Below are positions 1 to 13,120 of a stretch of 64,000 bases of DNA, one piece after another (positions within the stretch are counted from its first letter, which is position 1; each line of letters begins with the position of its first letter). The notes beneath the pieces are model-generated. The model saw only the letters and a list, made by a program, of their open reading frames with translations. It searched no databases and had not been told where the DNA came from. A program made the position numbers and the translations under genes. Location of the stretch: assembly GCF_009914755.1 (NCBI RefSeq), contig NC_060929.1; one strand, written 5' to 3'. The stretch comes from the human T2T-CHM13v2.0 reference genome, Homo sapiens.

Positions 1-452
1 TTTACTCTCATATTGTTTGACTCTGACTGGTTTGCATTTGCTTACTTATGAGGCAAGGAGAGAAAAGGGTAGCATCAGTCTGCCTTTAGGTTCATTTCTC
101 CCAGTGGCCAACATGGAATATCTGTATCCACATTTGGATGTTAATATGATCTGTGTTGTTATTTTAAGTTTTATGTACATTAAATAGCAATCCCAATTTT
201 TCAGTTCAATGTCTACTACCCTTCAACTACCAAATACTGAGCTCTTGCTAAAAACTGGAATCTCATCTACATGGTTTAAATATGTTATAACAAAGCAACT
301 TGCAAGTATTTTATAAAGTGAAATCATAGCAGCCATTTTATACTTGAGGAAACTGAGAGTTTAAGTGGCTTATCCAAATACATGCATCTGGTAAATGCAA
401 CTGGGCTGAACAACAAAGGAACTTTCTTTTATCCTAGACTGATGAGTATTTG

Positions 453-680
453 TGGCTGATTATCTCAGCCGGTTAGAGGTTAAAGTTCAGTGTTAATGAG
501 GTCAAAGTCATAAATGTGAACTTTAAGTGGAGGATTTCCCTTGATTCATAAGTGCAAGTTCAACATTTAACCCTAGCCAGTCACAAGGAACAGTGCATGG
601 CTCAATATAAATCCATCACCAGTGCTGGAAGCAATACTCAGAAAACACGTTTCTTGTTAAATAGCCAAAGTCATCTTCTT
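453..680 (+). mobile_element. Ancient tRNA-derived SINE remnant (MamSINE1-like)
   Basis: Degenerate tRNA-like head (tggctgattatctcagccggttagag...gtgttaatgaggtcaaagtc) followed by 'aaatccatcaccagtgctggaa', resembling the MamSINE1 body as recalled. Boundaries approximate. Confidence 0.45.
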
Positions 681-2040
681 TTTACAAAACAATAATAAGT
701 TAAACTTACTTTAGTTTATTTAAGCTAGGAAGTCATCTATAGTTTTTAATTTAAAAGCCAGGCAATGGGAAAAGGAAAATCAGAGAATGGTTCAGCTGGA
801 TGACACTAGTGGGTCTCTCTCTCATACATCCCTTCATTTGGCAGAGAAAAGAACAAATTAAAATTCATGAGTAGGGATTATTGTGTTATTTTCATGAAGT
901 TTCTAAGCCAGAGACAGACAGCAGAAAATAGAAGTCAATTTTCTAATACCCAGTTTATGATTTTTCTACCAAACTTAGAAGGAATGCATTGTGGCCTCAA
1001 GCCTGAAAGAAATGATTTGCTGGCCACCTACTGAATGTGAAGAGCACATAGCTAACCTAGCTTTACATATGAAAGGATGGAGTTTATTGTTTCCCATAGG
1101 AAATGGAAAGTTCTGCTATAATCCTTTCTCAATTCCTAGTGAAATTTTCTACTTTTCCCTTAAGCTTATGGAATTTTACATTGAAAATTTTTCTTTGCTT
1201 TGTTAGTTTCCCTTTTCTTCTTCTCCAAATTCTAAATTATAGCATTATCTATAAACAATAACCCCAATATTGTCTTTCATCTATAAAACACTAACCAGTC
1301 TCTTTCAAAGAATGAGTATTGCTAAAGAATCATGCATGTGGACTTCTGGTTCCAAAATGGAGGCACAGAAGCAAGCTGGCTTCACTGTCCCCAGCAGAAA
1401 ACCAAAAATAAAAATATAGTGCTGGGATTATCACTAGCATATCCCAGAACTCAAACATGAGAATGAAATACTTCCTGTGGTCACAGAGAAGTATAAAAAA
1501 ACAAACAAAACTCTGAGTAGATGGTAAGAGAATCAGATTTCTACAACAGTGATGTCCCTCCCAACATTCTGCCCAGCATCAAATGCACACAAAATTTCCT
1601 CTCAGCTCATAATTTCTACACTGGAAAAAGTGAGATTGAGGTGGACAGAAAACTTGCCCTCCAGTTTGGTTTCCCTGGCAGGCGACCTGTCCTCACCTTA
1701 CTCCATAGGAAACCAAATGAGTGCCTGAAGGGAGAAATATCCCTGAGATCAAGCAAAGACCAAGGAGGGAGGTGGGACTACTGTCACCAGTCTTGGAAAC
1801 TATGCTCTGGAACACAGCCAAAGGAGACACCAAATGGGAGTGGCTGTCCTGCAGCATCATGCTGTAGAGGATTCATGCCACAGGGTCCCTGTGCAGGAAT
1901 CCCTAGCCAGCCTTCCCACACTACCAAAATACCCCATTTGCAACAATTCTCACTGGGGAAGAGCAACACTCTGTTTATAGAGCCATTATAAACCCGGGCT
2001 TAAGGTAAAACCTACAGCCGAAAAAGGAGGTAGTGATCTA

Positions 2041-2435
<395 letters not shown>

Positions 2436-2932
2436 TTAATGCAAAGACATTAGACATATATCCACAAGGGAAAAATGCCCTCTCTAAATGGACAAAACAA
2501 GGAACCAGTGCTGACCCTAACAAGATGGCAGTATGTGAGCTCTCTCACCAAGAATTCAAAATACCAGTTTTATTCTGTGTAATCTCCAAGATAACACAGA
2601 AAAGCAATTCATAAATTTATCAGAGTCTTCTGCGTGGTCATGTCAAGCCGTGCCTGGGCCTGGAACTGAGCTGCAGCCCCTCAGCTTTGCCCATCACCTC
2701 CCAACCATGGACCCCCGCAAAGTGAACGAGCTTTGGGCCTTTGTGAAAATGTGTAAGCCAGATCTGACCATTCTGCACACCAAGGAAATGCACTTCCTGA
2801 GGGAGTGGGTGGAGATCGTGGGGGGTAAAGTACCACCTGCTACTCAGAAAGCTAAATGAGAAGAAAATACCAAGGGGAAAAAAAAAACTGATAGTAAGAA
2901 GGTGGAGGAAGACTTAAAGGCAGATGAACCAT

Positions 2933-3431
2933 TGTTAGAAATAGATAATCAGTGCCATGAAGAAAAGTCAGCATGGAGACAAATGATCTCACAACAAGGC
3001 CATCTTTACTTTCTGCAGAAAGTGTGCTCAATTGTAGATGGAACAATGGTGAGAGCACACCTGGACAAGGGAGGGGAAGGGGTTCTTATTCCTGATGCAC
3101 ATGGCCCCTGCTGCTGTGTCATTCTCCTATTGGCTAGGGTTAGACTGCACAGGCTAAACTAATTCCAATTGGCTAATTTAAAGAGAGTGACGGGATGACT
3201 GGTTTGGCGGGAAAAATGGTTATGGAATGAGTCAGAGTGGAGGATGAGTCAGGGCAGAGCAGGTAATTGGAATGAGTCAGGGTGGAGCAGGTAATCGGAA
3301 TGAGTCAGAGTGGAGCAGATGATCAAAAAAGGTTGCTTTATGAGGAAGTTAAGTTTAAAAGTAGAAGGCAAAGAATTGAACATACTGACATATTGATTCT
3401 TTGAAGAGAAATTTATAACTCATATCTAACA
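2933..3431 (-). mobile_element. 3' LTR (LTR10F-like), 499 bp, 4 AP-1 sites
   Basis: Minus strand starts TGTTAGATATGAG and ends ...TCTAACA; preceded by PPT AAGAGGAGGGAA (3432-3443). TGAGTCA at 3228, 3245, 3273, 3301. Confidence 0.9.
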
Positions 3432-3452
3432 TTCCCTCCTCTTGCATTTACC

Positions 3453-5800
3453 TTACAGCTCTTTCTCTTCAAACTTCTTTAACATGTCTTGGCTTAGTTG
3501 TTCTGCTTGATTTTCCAAAAGAAGCAGCTTCTCTGGATAAGGTGTAGGATAGTTAAAGGAGGTTCTAGTAAGAGCCATTTTTATGAGCCTCTGTACCAAA
3601 CCATGGATGCATGGTATGACACAGCACCCTACAAGAATAAGTAAACCCATTACGGCTGTGAGGGAAGTAAAAATTGAGGCTATTATTCTTTTTCATTTAA
3701 CGAACCACTTTTCTAGCCATCCTGTAAAATGGTCGTTTACCCCTGAGTTGTTGGCTAACTTATTGGATAGAACAGTCAGACCTTGCAATGTCTTTGTCAT
3801 ACTTTCATCAGGGGCAGTGTTGTTTGGGATGAAGGTGCAACATTGAGTTTTAATTATGACACAAACTCCTCCTTTTTCTGCTAATATCATGACTAAGGCT
3901 ATCTTATTTTTCCCAAGCCATCTGGCTAGTAGCCCCTAATTATTCAGCTATTCCTTTAACAGCATCTCTAGTGTAATTAATAGATCCCTGTTGGTTGTAA
4001 TAAATGTAGTTTATCCAATTTACATTTTCTTAATTGTCACCCACTAAGATATTGACTCAAATCCTGCAGCTATATGATTTCGGACTTTAAATTGATCTGG
4101 TATTCCCCATGGGACTCTAATTGTGTCTAAATAGACGTGATAGTAGAATGACCCATAAGAGGCTTCTTTTGCTTTACGATGTCTTATTTTTCCTTTCTCT
4201 GGTTGATGAAATGCCAAGGTGAAAGGGATAGCCAATTGGACTAAAGAATAAGTCCCACTTGAGTTACTCAGCAGAGTGTTCAGTAAAGGTCCACCATAAT
4301 ACTACTACACATCCACTCAGGGATGAATAAGGGCTGACTGATTGGTAAGCTTTTGAAAATTTTTAAGCTTACTGCATCCCTTCAGGTCTCCAAGGAACAC
4401 TAAGTTTCCTCCCTGTCGTGATGTTACCAGGGGTCCTTGCTCCCAGAGCTCCCAAGATGGTGGTGGGCCACTTCCAAAATGGCGGTGGGCCACTTCCAAG
4501 ATGGTGGCAAGCCTCGTGTTCTCTGACCTGGGGTTCTTGGCCTCACGGATTCCAAGGAATGGAATCTTGGGCCATGCAGTGAGTGTTATAGCTCTATTAG
4601 AAGCCGTGGGTCACAGAAGAGAACCGTGGAACCCAGTGACTGGTGTTCAGCTTGATTAGGACAAACCCAGGCACTTAGCCATGCAGGAAAAATAGCAAGC
4701 CTTTAGCCCGATCGGGAGCGGCAATGGGCGCCTTGCTGGATCAGGAGCACAGCAGACACCCTGCTGGATCCGGAGGGATGGAAGTCAGCAGCGGGTCTGC
4801 AACACTGGCAAAACAGCAGTGGTGGACAGCGAGCGAAAGCTCAGCTAGAGCCATAACAAACAAGGACCAGAAGAGTGCAGTTGCAAGATTTAATAGAGTG
4901 AAAACAGAGCTCCCATACAAGGAGGGGACCCAAAGGGGATTGCCGTTGCCTGCTAGAATGCCTGGGTTTATGGCCTGATCCTTGTTCTTCCCGCTGTGCT
5001 CTCAGGCAATAGATGATTGGCTGTTTCTTTACCTCCTGTTTTTGCCTAATCAGCATTTTAGTGAGCTCTCTGATTGGTCAGGTGTAAGCTCAGTTGCAAG
5101 CCCCGTGTTTAAAAGTGGATGTGGTCACCTTCTCAGCTAGGCTTAGGGATTCTTAGTCAGCCTAGGAAATCCAGCTAGTCCTGTCTCTCAGTCTGAGACA
5201 CTTAGTGAACTTTGTGTTGGGAGATGGAAGCTGGATGGCCCTCGGGGGCTGACCTGCAGGGTGTTGAAATTTGGGATATAGCAGAGAGAGAACTTGGCAC
5301 AACTTGTTACCGCAGGCTGTAGAATCCTGTAAGAGAGCTGCCATGCAGCCCACGCCCGGTCGACTGGAGGACCGCCCTAGTAGAAAGGGGACAATCTGGG
5401 CCTCTGGCCTGCAGTGCACACAAGCATAACAATTGCCTTTGTTTAACATGTGGACAGAACATTTAATCCATTTTAACCAGGCATTTACATCTTTATACCC
5501 TGTTTCAATGGCTATGGTTTGCCTTAGGTCTCCTATTTCTACTACTGAGACCTTGCTTTTGTCACTTGGCATGAGGCGAGTCATAGTTTGATTTCATAGG
5601 TTTGGGAAAGGGGCAGCCATAGGAGGTGGAGGAGGGAGAACAAAGCATACCTTGAAGAAGCCTATAGGATCCTTTCCAGTGACTTCTGCTCCTAAACCAT
5701 AGAAGTGCTCTAAAGTGGGGTAAGAGTTGCTAGTGGTAGGAATAGTAATGGATATAAGCACTGGGTAAGGAAAGGAAAGGAAAAGATAGATGGACTAAGC
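3453..5800 (-). pseudogene. env: Disrupted gamma-type env of the HERV-I provirus
   Basis: SU CXXC (NCYAC, ORF 5162-5584), basic cleavage-site remnant HRKAKE (ORF 4044-4235), ISD end and CX6CC (MILAEKGGVCVIIKTQCC, ORF 3693-3890), TM/tail (ORF 3453-3650). Frameshifted and interrupted by LTR17. 5' boundary approximate. Confidence 0.88.
4422..5190 (-). mobile_element. Solo HERV-W LTR (LTR17) inserted in env
   Basis: Minus strand reads TGAGAGACAGGACTAGCTGGATTTCCTAGGCTGACTAAGAATCCCTAAGCCTAGCTG...ATTAAA...GGACCCCCTGGTAACA, matching the HERV-W LTR as recalled; 769 bp. The env reading continues on both sides. Confidence 0.92.
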
Positions 5801-5889
5801 TTTTTTTAGGTTTAATTTGGTAGAGGATTGTCCAGGAACAATGACCCATGATTCTGATGATAATGGCACTTGCTTGACTAGGGTGTGAT

Positions 5890-6050
5890 GTGTCCATCCT
5901 TTTCTGCTGTACAAACAGCAATCTCGGTGGTTAGCAGCACAATGCAGGGTCCTTCCCAGGCTGGCTCAAGTTTCCCTTCTTTCCACCCTTTGATGAGAAC
6001 GTGATCCCCAGGCCGATGCTGATGTACTGGAAACTCCAAAGGCGGCGCCT
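5890..6050 (-). pseudogene. pol: Retroviral integrase C-terminal remnant
   Basis: Minus strand translates to KGWKEGKLEPAWEGPCIVLLTTEIAV, matching the WxGPY/F integrase C-terminal motif. Confidence 0.75.
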
Positions 6051-6105
6051 CTGCTGAAAGACCTCTTGTTTTAAGGGAGGAGAAAGTGGAGGTTAACCCA
6101 AGTAA

Positions 6106-6503
<398 letters not shown>

Positions 6504-6903
6504 TGAGAAATTTTCTTTAGCACCTATTTTTATTAGTTTTTAGACCAAAGAAAGCCAAACACCATTTTATATTTAACAATGCTTCCTGTATGATTTTATA
6601 CCAGATGAACTAAATTTCACCTTTATATTAGTGTTATTAATGTTAAACTTAATTTTAATGAAACCTTATAGACATATTTATCCAATTTTAATGTCTGACC
6701 ATAAGGTAAGATTTTTATAGACTCTTTTTAACCATTTATAATTTTTGTTAAAGAGCAGGTTAGTGCTTTAAGAAAAATCTGTTGTGCTTTTATTTTAATG
6801 TCCCGTTCACAGAAAAACTGGATACCCCTTTAACTTTAGCCAATATGTTTACACACAGAATTTCCTTTACAATTAACATTTCAAAACTTGCTTAAACCTT
6901 TAA

Positions 6904-7207
<304 letters not shown>

Positions 7208-7705
7208 AATAAAATATTTTTTTAACCTTTTAATGTAGGTAAAAATCCATATTCTTATGCCTCCTTGTAATCCTTTTACCAAAAATACATTTTACTTTCC
7301 TTACACACCTTGCACATAAACTGTTTCTTCAATAGTTTTACATTCAGGAGGCCTAATTACTTTTAAATTATACAACATTTCCCTTTTATAACTTTTTTTC
7401 ACGACTTTCACAGACAATTCTTCAATGTGCCTCAACTTTTTGACTTGTTGCAAACATCCCTTTCTTTAAACAACCAGTTAATTTGTTTTAGGACAAGAAT
7501 TTACCATATAATATTCTTTTTACATAAATTCTCCCCCATTTTTTGTTTTCAAAGATAACCATTCTTTTCCAAAGTGAACTTCCTTCATGTCTGTGGACTA
7601 GGCTGCCTTAGGCCACAAAATTAGAAGTTAGGATAATACATGTTACACTGTTAACTTTTAGCAAATTTTACTTTTGTTGAAAACTTTGTAAGTTTGGGAT
7701 TTCAA

Positions 7706-7945
7706 TTATTCTTTGCTATTAGTAAGACTTCGTTCAGTCCATATTAACTTAGAATTGGTATAGATAGCTCCTTCCTGATTCTGTAAGTATTTTAAGGCTT
7801 GGCTGAATGCAAACAGCTCACACGTTTGAGCAGACCAACTATTAGGCAATTTTCCTAACTCTGCTTCTACAAGAGTTTCCTTATCACTTACTGAATACCC
7901 ATTGTGTCTTTTTCCCTCAATCACCCGGGAGGAACCATCTATTGT
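7706..7945 (-). pseudogene. pol: Retroviral RNase H remnant
   Basis: DGSSRV-IEGKRHNGY...WSAQTCELFAFSQALKYL...AIYTNSK contains the DGS, SAQxxEL and IYTDS RNase H motifs, the last degenerate. Confidence 0.85.
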
Positions 7946-9391
7946 CCTGTCCTGAAGGGAGTTCCTCCTAGGTCTGGTTGGACCTTTGTATGGTAATCAA
8001 TTAAGATTTAGATCCCCTGTTAGGAAGCCTGCTGGGTTAAGGGAATTTTCAGTGTTTAATGTTAAATCATCTTTTTCTAACAGAATAGCCTCATACTTTA
8101 AGGTTCTTGAGTCAGTATGCTACATTTTTGCTTTTTTTTTTTTTTTTTTTTGACTTAGGATAGTTCCAACCTGATGAGGTGTGCTCACAATGAAGTTTCC
8201 TCTAAAAGTTATTTTTCTACTTTCTTCTGTTAACAAAGCAGTCGCCACTACAGATTAAATGCATTTGGGCTATCCACAGGTTACAGGGTTAAGGATTTTT
8301 GATTAGGAAAGGCTACGGGTTGTCAGTGGCCTCAGTGCTTTCAGGCTACACCCTTGTTTACACTGACAACAAGGTGGTATTGGAATGTTATAGGGTCAAG
8401 GAGAAGACCTTCAACTATCAATTATAGGTTTTTAATTTATCCTGGCACTTAAAGGAATAGGGTACACTGTTTTCTCTTTACTACTTCTATCTCTCTCTCT
8501 CTCTCTTTGACTCTCTGTCTCTTTCTCTCTGACTTCCTCTCCAAGTTTCTCTTTCCTCTCTGCTGGTCTTTCCCTGCCTCTGCCAGCTGCTTATGCTGCT
8601 GTTCCCCCCTCTCCTTCCCCTTCCCCTAGGGGAGGGACCAGCAGGAGTGGAGCTACTCTTTCTTCCCCACAAGAAGAAAGGAAAGGGGAGTTCTGAATAT
8701 TTTTCTAACTACCAGAGGTTTGTGTAAGGTTCAACCCCCTGAAATTTGTGGAAGTCTCAACCACTCAAACCAGGGGTGCCTTGCCTTGCCTGTCCTGGAA
8801 GTCTCAACCCCTCAAACCAGGGATGTCTTGCCTTGCTGCCCTGGAAGGTTGACCTGTTTCCTCCCTTTCCCCATCTGACGGTCCTTTGCACACTTCCCAC
8901 TCATGTTGTCCTCTCTGGCTGCTCCCCCAAGGAAGAATTAGACCCCTCTTAGCATTGGTATGCCGGTATAAATCCCACAGCAGGATCTGCCCTAAGCCAT
9001 ATGAGGTAGCCACAGAACCGTGGAGAGGACCCACTCACTCCAGCAGTAGGACTTGTCACCATCCACATGAACAATACCATAAGAAGGGTTGTTTGTGATC
9101 ATTCACGCACACACACACACATTTGGCCCTCCAGAATTTGACCACCAAGGAAGTACTTTACCAGCTCCCATGGTTTCTCCTTCCTTGGTCTGTGCAGAGT
9201 CATTACCGCAGTATGTGAGGATCCTTTACCCTACGTTGCTAGCCAGTTTCTTTCCACGTTGCTGAGAGTCCCAGTTTATTCATCACACTGGGTGGATCTC
9301 GGTTCCTCACCCCTGAGGCTGCCAAAAACGAGGTAGTGGGGCATGCCTTCTCACAAGAGAGGACTGGAGACCCACCCTAGAGGAGACTGTA

Positions 9392-9409
9392 ATCCTGGAC
9401 GAGCCCCCA
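9392..9409 (-). promoter_or_regulatory. Primer binding site, tRNA-Pro
   Basis: Minus strand TGGGGGCTCGTCCAGGAT is 17/18 identical to the canonical tRNA-Pro PBS TGGGGGCTCGTCCGGGAT and lies 4 nt after the 5' LTR. Confidence 0.92.
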
Positions 9410-9413
9410 AAAT

Positions 9414-10101
9414 TGTTAGAAATAGATAATCGGTGCTGCAAAGAAAAGTCAGCTTGGAGACAAATGATCTCTTAGCAAGGCTGTCTTTACTTTCTGCAGA
9501 AAAGGTGCTCAGTTGCAGATGGAACAATAGCGAGAACACACCTGGGTGGGAAAGGGGTTCTTATTCCTGATGCACGTGGCCCCTGCTGCTGTGTCGTTCC
9601 CCTATTGGCTAGGGTTAGACTGCACAGGCTAAACTAATTCCGATTGGCTAATTTAAAGAGAGTGATGTGGTGAGTGGTTTAGCGGGAAAAATGGTTATGG
9701 AATAAGTCAGAGTGGAGGAGAAGTCAGGCAGGAGCAGGTAACCGGAACGTGTCAGGGTGGAGCAGGTAATTGGAGTGAGTCAGGATGGGGCAAGTGATCA
9801 GAATGAGTCAGGTTGGGGAAGGTGATCATAATGAGTCAGGGTGGGGCAGGTGATCAGAATGAGCCAAGGCAGGCAGGTAATTGGAATGAGTCAGGGTGGA
9901 GCAGGTAATTGGAATGAGTCATGGTGGGGCAGGTGATCAGAATGAGTCAGGGTGGAGCAGGTAATCGGAATGAGTCAGAGTGGAGCAGGTGATTGAAAAA
10001 GGTTGCTTTATGAGGAAGTTAAGTTTAAAAGTAGAAGGCAAAGAATCGAACATACTGACATATTGATTCTTTGAAGAGAAATTTAGAACTCATATCTAAC
10101 G
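9414..10101 (-). mobile_element. 5' LTR (LTR10F-like), 688 bp, with expanded AP-1 VNTR
   Basis: Homologous to 2933-3431 and adjacent to the PBS. Terminal TG mutated to CG (position 10101). Confidence 0.92.
9700..9995. promoter_or_regulatory. About 28-bp tandem repeat with clustered AP-1 motifs (candidate enhancer)
   Basis: About 11 units of gaatgagtcagggtggagcaggtaattg-type sequence; perfect TGAGTCA at 9776, 9804, 9832, 9887, 9915, 9943, 9971. Confidence 0.85.
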
Positions 10102-10446
10102 CCATCAAGTGAGGAAAGTGATCTAGTTATTGATAATGAAGGTGTGATTGAACCAGACACTGATGCCCCTCAAGAACTGGGAGATTAAAATGCAGAGATA
10201 ACAGAGGAGATGATGAATCAGGCAAATGATAAGAAAGTGGCTGCTATTGAAGCCCTAAGTGATGGTGAACTGCAGAAAGCCATTGACTTATTCACAGATG
10301 CCATCAGGCTGAATCCTTGCTTGGCCATTTTGTATGCCAAGAGGGCAAGTGTCTTTGTCAAATTACAGGAGCCAAACGCTGCTATCTGAGACTGTGACAG
10401 AGCCATTGAAATAAATCCTGATTCAGCTCAGCCTTACAAGTGGTGA

Positions 10447-10599
<153 letters not shown>

Positions 10600-13120
10600 T
10601 GAAAACGTGAAGGGTGAGAGATCAAAGCAAGAATAGAAAGAGTTAAGAAGGCTCAAGAAGAGCATGAGAGAGCCCAGAGGGAGGAAGAAGCCAGATGACA
10701 CTAAGGAGCTCAGTATAGCTCTTTTCCAGGTGGCTTTCCTGGGGGAATGCCTGGTAATTTTCCCTGAGGAATGTCTGGAATGGCCAGAATGCCTGGACTC
10801 AATGAAATTCTTAGTGATTCAGAGGTTCTTGCAGCCATGCAGGGTCCAGAGGTTATGGTGGCCTTCCAGGATGTGGCTCAGAACCCAGCAAATATGTCAC
10901 AATACCAGAGCAACCCAAAGGTTATGAATCTTATCAGTAAATTGTCAGCCAAATTTGGAGGTCAAGTGTAATGCCCTTCTGATGAATAAAGCCCTTGCTG
11001 AAGGAAAAACAACCTAGATCACCTTATGGATGTCACAATAATACAAAGCAGTGTACCTCTGACCTTCTCATCAAGAGAGCTGGGGTGCTTTGAAGATAAT
11101 CCCTACCCCTCTCCCCTAAATGCAGCTGAGGCATTTTACAGTGGTTTGCCATTAGGGTATTCATTCAGATAATGTTTTCCTACTAGGAATTACAAACTTT
11201 AAACAATTTTTAAACCTTAAAAATATTTAAAACAAATTTAAAGGGTCTGTTAATTCTTATATTTTTTTACTAATGATTTTGGATTTTTTTTGAATTATTG
11301 GGCAGGGAAAACATTTATGTATGGAAGATTATTGCTCTAATTTGAGTGAAATAAAAGTTTATTAGTGCGAAGCAAACGTAACTCATTTGAGGATAAAGTT
11401 TGTGCTGGATATGTCGTTCCTGAAGCATTTTGACTTGTCTTTTTAAATGCTTTATCTTTTCTTTAAAGAATTATTTTAATAAAACTAATTGGGAACACCA
11501 GTATTTCACTAGGACCTGGGTAGGGACTGGAAGTACTTGGCAGGGCAGTAGCAATCTTGTTGTGTTTTATATAACATGCATCCTTGGGCAGGCTGCCCTT
11601 AAATCTTACACTGTTGTGAAGGGATGAATTTTTTGTAATGCTGCGGTACAGTTGCAGTACTTAGTTCTGTTCTTGTCCAGTAGATCTAATAAATGTTTCA
11701 TACTATTTCCATATAGGGAAAATAAGGGAGTACTTTTCTTTGTATATTTCTATGCTTAAAATTCTCTTTCCTAGTCAAAAAATGCCCAACTCTCTGTCTG
11801 ATTTCTGCTTGTTACATTTTTCTCCCTTACTTTTCTTGGGCTAAAGACAGGTTTTTTCTACCAGCATCATCACTGCTATCATCATTAACAGCATAATTAT
11901 ACAATCATATTTCATGCTGAGTTTAATTTAATATGTAATACATACGTGAATTGTAAGATAATACCCAAAACAACTAGTTTCTTACTTGGCCATGAGAATG
12001 CTTACTTAAGTTTTAGAGTTCAACTCTGGCAAAATCTTGTCATATCAAAAGACATTGGAAAGAGGGATTCCCTTTGATGTTTGGTCTTCTACTTAGAAAA
12101 TACCTATTGCAGTAAGAGTTTATCTTGCAGTATTCATCTTTGTATTTTGAAGATAATAAGGTTTGAATTAAATTGATATATACAGAGGGGAACCAATTTT
12201 TTTGATCCAATGTGAATTATAAATGAGATAATCCACATTCATTGTGGAGTTGTTGAGACTATGAAAGACTCATTGTCTTTGTATTCAGCTCTTCCTTAAA
12301 TAGTGTAACCATACCCCCACCTCTGCTTGCTTTCTTTCCCTCCCCTCCAATGAGAAAGAAAATTATAAATAAAAACATAAATTTATCAGAGAAATTTAAC
12401 AATGAGATTGAAATAACTGACAAAAAAATCAAACGGAAATCTTGGAACTCAGAAATATATTTGCTGAATTAAAAATTCATTAGAGGCCCTCAATAGCAGA
12501 ATGGATCAAGCAGAGGAAAGACTCAGTGAGCCCAAAGAAAGGCCCTGTATATTTGAGAATACACAGGGGAGAAAAGAGAATGATAAGGAAAAAAGACCAC
12601 CTGCAAGATACAGACAATTACCTCAAAAGAGCAAATTTAAGAATTATTAGTATTCAAGTGGGAGATGAGCAAGAACAAGGGGTAGAAAACTTATTCAAAG
12701 AAATAACAGAAGATGTTCTAAAATGTGAGAAAGATATAAATATCCAGGTTCAGGAAAGTCAGAGAACACTAAACAGATTTGACCCAAATAAGACTACTCC
12801 TAAGTATGCAATAATCAAACTCTCAAAGGTCAAAGATAGAGAGAGGATCCTAAAAGCAGTAAGGGAAAATACACAAATAGCAAAAGAGGTACAATTCATC
12901 TGGCAACAGACTTCTCAATGGAAACTGTACATGCCAGGAGGGAGTAGAATGACATTTTCTAAGTGCTGAAAGAAAAACCTTCCATCAAAAATACTGCATG
13001 CAGCAGTCATTCTTCCAATATGAAGGCGAGATAAGGTATTTCCCAGACAAACAAAAGTGCAGAAAATTCACCACCTTCAGACTCATCTTATAAGAAATGC
13101 TTAAAGGGAGTTTTTCCTGC

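Noticed and set aside
453-530. tRNA-like sequence
   Set aside because: No intact cloverleaf or T-loop; better explained as a decayed tRNA-derived SINE head.
1521-1991. 156-aa ORF, the longest in the window
   Set aside because: Lies in the L1 5' region; no recognisable domain; probably a chance ORF.
4450-4510. Three tandem ccaagatggtgg (YY1-like) repeats
   Set aside because: As recalled, a normal feature of the LTR17 U5 region.
8750-8845. About 47-bp tandem duplication in the ERV leader
   Set aside because: Only two copies; leader duplications are common in ERVs and may be in the family consensus.
9700-9995. CRISPR-like regular repeats
   Set aside because: Head-to-tail units without unique spacers, inside a primate LTR; this is a VNTR.
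12526-12969. 147-aa ORF as a functional gene
   Set aside because: Frameshifted L1 ORF1 remnant.
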